Positions 61,423-64,000 of a stretch of 64,000 bases of DNA are shown piece after piece; position 1 is the stretch's first letter; every line of letters begins with the position of its first letter. The stretch is from Methanothrix sp. (lineage in GTDB: Archaea > Halobacteriota > Methanosarcinia > Methanotrichales > Methanotrichaceae): positions 2,400,001-2,464,000 of the forward strand of contig OY821645.1 in NCBI GenBank assembly GCA_963682135.1, written 5' to 3'. Under the pieces are notes generated by a model. It was not told the origin of the DNA and did no database searches. It saw only the letters and a list, made by a program, of their open reading frames with translations. The translations under genes were made by a program, and so were the position numbers.

Positions 61423-62465
61423 CTCTTTCTCCTAAGAAATACAATCATGAGCATTGCTAATGCTGCAGCCCCAGCCGGAAAGCTTGCCTTCTTTGCCGTA
61501 TCTGTGGCATTGCTCCTCACCAGTGGCTTGGCTTCAATCACATTCTCCTCCAAATCCATAACTGCGCCGCCCTGGTCGAGTAAAACCGTGCGCAGCATAT
61601 AAATGCCCGGCTCGAGAGTCTTATTCCAGGTAATCTCTACCGTCTCATCGTCTCCCGTAAGAAGCACCGGCGTTGTCTTCTCGGTGGTATTGAGAACTTT
61701 GCCGTTTTGAGATAGAATAAAGCGCAAAGATCCTTCAAAGGGAACGCGAGAGTTGCCTATGACTGTAGCGCTGGCACCGGTCTCATCCTGGTAGGTCTCG
61801 GTGATCTTGGCATCATCCACAGCCAAAAAGGAGTTCATGAAAGACCTTGTTTGGTTGTGATTCAATTCAACGATCTTCACCCTGCCGGCATACTCATGTC
61901 CGCTTTCCAGGATCTGCTTCCAAGCATAGTCTTTGGTAATCGGCATTGCAAAGCTTCCTGAGATCGGTACCACCTGCTCTCGGGTGATATAAGCTGCCTT
62001 GTTCCCATCTATCAGCATGTAGTAAATATCCACGACGGTAGGATCACTGGCACTTATGGCAAGGTGCATGCCCCGAGAATCGGCCCGAAAATCGCGCACA
62101 TCAAACCTTATGGGCTCCACTCCACCGTAAAAGAAGTTGTAACATTTCCTGGAGACGGTTGTCCCGTTCTTTATTAAGAGCGCGCAGACATCATAGCTGC
62201 CTTTCTCGGCTAATAGCTTCGGCCAGCGAACGATCCAGGTACCTGCACCATCCAGCGACAGATTCCGGCTGGTGAGCAGCCTTCCATCATCGATCAGATC
62301 CAGCTGCAAAGCCATGCCGGCCACGTTTCCTTCCACCGTAACATCTGCGGATTCGATGTTGGAGTAGAGGTCTGCAATCTCCGAAGAATGGGCAGTGCCC
62401 GCCATTGCCAGTAGGACTGCCAGGGCCACCAGGACCGCTAAATGCCAAACCGCGCTTTTTCTCAT
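61419..62465 (-). CDS. Secreted/surface protein with C-terminal membrane anchor
   Basis: Signal peptide; C-terminal hydrophobic helix followed by RRKR. Confidence 0.7.
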   Translation of the reverse strand: MRKSAVWHLAVLVALAVLLAMAGTAHSSEIADLYSNIESADVTVEGNVAGMALQLDLIDDGRLLTSRNLSLDGAGTWIVRWPKLLAEKGSYDVCALLIKNGTTVSRKCYNFFYGGVEPIRFDVRDFRADSRGMHLAISASDPTVVDIYYMLIDGNKAAYITREQVVPISGSFAMPITKDYAWKQILESGHEYAGRVKIVELNHNQTRSFMNSFLAVDDAKITETYQDETGASATVIGNSRVPFEGSLRFILSQNGKVLNTTEKTTPVLLTGDDETVEITWNKTLEPGIYMLRTVLLDQGGAVMDLEENVIEAKPLVRSNATDTAKKASFPAGAAALAMLMIVFLRRKR

Positions 62466-62568
62466 AAGGTTACCTTACCTGCCAGCAATTGCCATTGTTG
62501 CCATTGTAGTCATTTTATTCTGTTTTATCCTAATAGGTTTAAAACTAACGTGTCGAAAAAAAAGGAAC

Positions 62569-64000
62569 TCAAATAGTCAGCCAATTGGTGAATGGCGCGA
62601 CCAGGGTTATAAGCAGGGATGTCAGCACCAACCAGGTGAGAATGGCCACTGTGGTCTTGGTGAATCTTTCTGCCTCTTTGGGCCGGACAATCTTCTCAAA
62701 GCCGGACTGCACCAGATCCCTGAAGATGTGTCCGCCATCCAATGGCACCGCGGGAAGGCAGTTGAACAGGCCGGCATAAAGGTTGATCCAGCCGATCCAG
62801 AGCAGGAGATTGGCAATCCAGAATAATTTGCCGCCCAGAGGCTCAGCCCATCCACTGGGTTCAAAGACGGCAGTCAGCCAGCCGCTAAAACCGGGAAAGC
62901 CCTTCTGGGTGAATCCCGGTATACCCGAAAAAGGCAGGCTGAGCATTAAGTGGAAACCCGTTATGCCCATGCTGGGTATATCCTTGAGTGTCTGCAAGAA
63001 TTGCCTGGCAGGAACCTCCTGAAAGAGTGCGCCTCCTGATAAAACCGCATTCCCGGAGATGCCGATGCCTATGAATCCACCGCTATCTTCCTTGGCCCCG
63101 GTCTCTTTCTTAGTCAAATTGACCTGGTAGGTATTCCCCTGGCCGGTTGTAATGGCGATGATTTGGCCGGGGTGAGTGGTGTTCATCAGCTTTCGAAAGC
63201 CCTCCAGATTTACGATCTTTATCCCGTCAATTTCTGTAATCAAGCTCTTGGAAGGAAGGCCGGAAGATTCGGCGGACGAGCCCTTGAAGGTAGATGCAAC
63301 CATGATGCCACGCATAGGCTCGCCGGAGAGTGGCAAGATCTCTTCTCTGTCGTCAAAAAACACATTTACGTTGTTCGTAGAACTGCCCAGATGGCTGTAA
63401 AGCTGCTCGAGATTGCTATCTTTGTTGCCATTTACATCCAATAGCACCATGCCACTCTCAAAACCAGCCTTATCTGCAGCTGAGCCATCCTGAACATCGA
63501 CTGCGATCAGCTTGTCCATGGGTGATATGGCACCGATAACCGGCCCGAAGAAGAGGGCCATAGCCACCGCTGCCACAATGAAATTGGAGATGACGCCCGC
63601 CGATAGGATCCTGATTCTTGCACCCTTGCTTACCTTTGCCGGTACATCTTTGCTGCCGAAGAGGTCCACATCATCCGGTTCCACAAAAGCTGCTATTGGG
63701 GCAAATAAAACGGCGACAATTCCCATAGACTTGACGCGCACGCCCTCGACACGGCTGAGTATGCCGTGCGCGAACTCGTGCACCACCATGGTCACAAAGA
63801 GCGCAATCCAGCCCCAAACGAAGGGTATGTACTCATTTAAGCCGGGAATGAGGAGAATGTTTCTCGGAGCATTATAGCTGCTGGGCATGGGCGGCTCCTG
63901 AATCATAAAATAGGTCATGGCCAGAACCAGTATCAAAAAATAGGTCATGCTCAAGACGACCAGTGGTATGCCGGCAGAGGCCACAATCCTCCAGAAACTC
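62569..64000 (-). CDS. Site-2 protease (M50) with PDZ domains, 5' end outside the window
   Basis: HEFAH, AFVEPD, AGVISN, NCLPAVPLDGG, two PDZ-like segments. Confidence 0.9.
   Translation of the reverse strand, partial: SFWRIVASAGIPLVVLSMTYFLILVLAMTYFMIQEPPMPSSYNAPRNILLIPGLNEYIPFVWGWIALFVTMVVHEFAHGILSRVEGVRVKSMGIVAVLFAPIAAFVEPDDVDLFGSKDVPAKVSKGARIRILSAGVISNFIVAAVAMALFFGPVIGAISPMDKLIAVDVQDGSAADKAGFESGMVLLDVNGNKDSNLEQLYSHLGSSTNNVNVFFDDREEILPLSGEPMRGIMVASTFKGSSAESSGLPSKSLITEIDGIKIVNLEGFRKLMNTTHPGQIIAITTGQGNTYQVNLTKKETGAKEDSGGFIGIGISGNAVLSGGALFQEVPARQFLQTLKDIPSMGITGFHLMLSLPFSGIPGFTQKGFPGFSGWLTAVFEPSGWAEPLGGKLFWIANLLLWIGWINLYAGLFNCLPAVPLDGGHIFRDLVQSGFEKIVRPKEAERFTKTTVAILTWLVLTSLLITLVAPFTNWLTI

Overview
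Archaeal chromosomal segment, most likely from a Methanothrix/Methanotrichaceae-like methanogen (inferred from gene content and order). The housekeeping backbone comprises pycB, argB, an NfeD/stomatin pair, tandem cyclophilins, CDC48, adenine deaminase, the eIF2gamma-rpoE'-spt4-S24e-S27ae cluster, the S10/spc-type ribosomal protein superoperon (L3 to SecY, cmk, cbf5), an intron-containing tRNA-Ser(GGA), larC and hemL-hemC-cobA/hemD-ahbC. Three accessory islands interrupt it. (1) About 13.6-21 kb holds a MITE, RelBE, three copies of a GC-rich repeat, a tyrosine-integrase 3' remnant, a truncated DUF3800 gene abutting a promoter-driven structured RNA, and a decaying metal ABC transporter/CooC-CooT locus. 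(2) About 25.4-31.7 kb holds an IS1634 element, orphan antitoxins, a frameshifted CHAT-STAND-TPR gene and a second RelE module. (3) About 55.5-59.8 kb holds a collapsed type I R-M locus. In it, three direct copies of the ~92-bp 3' end of hsdS, all starting at the same ACGC(C/T)CT site, separate different TA/defence-type cassettes. This integron-like array is the most striking unexplained structure in the window. All family assignments come from recognising motifs by eye; no database searches were run.
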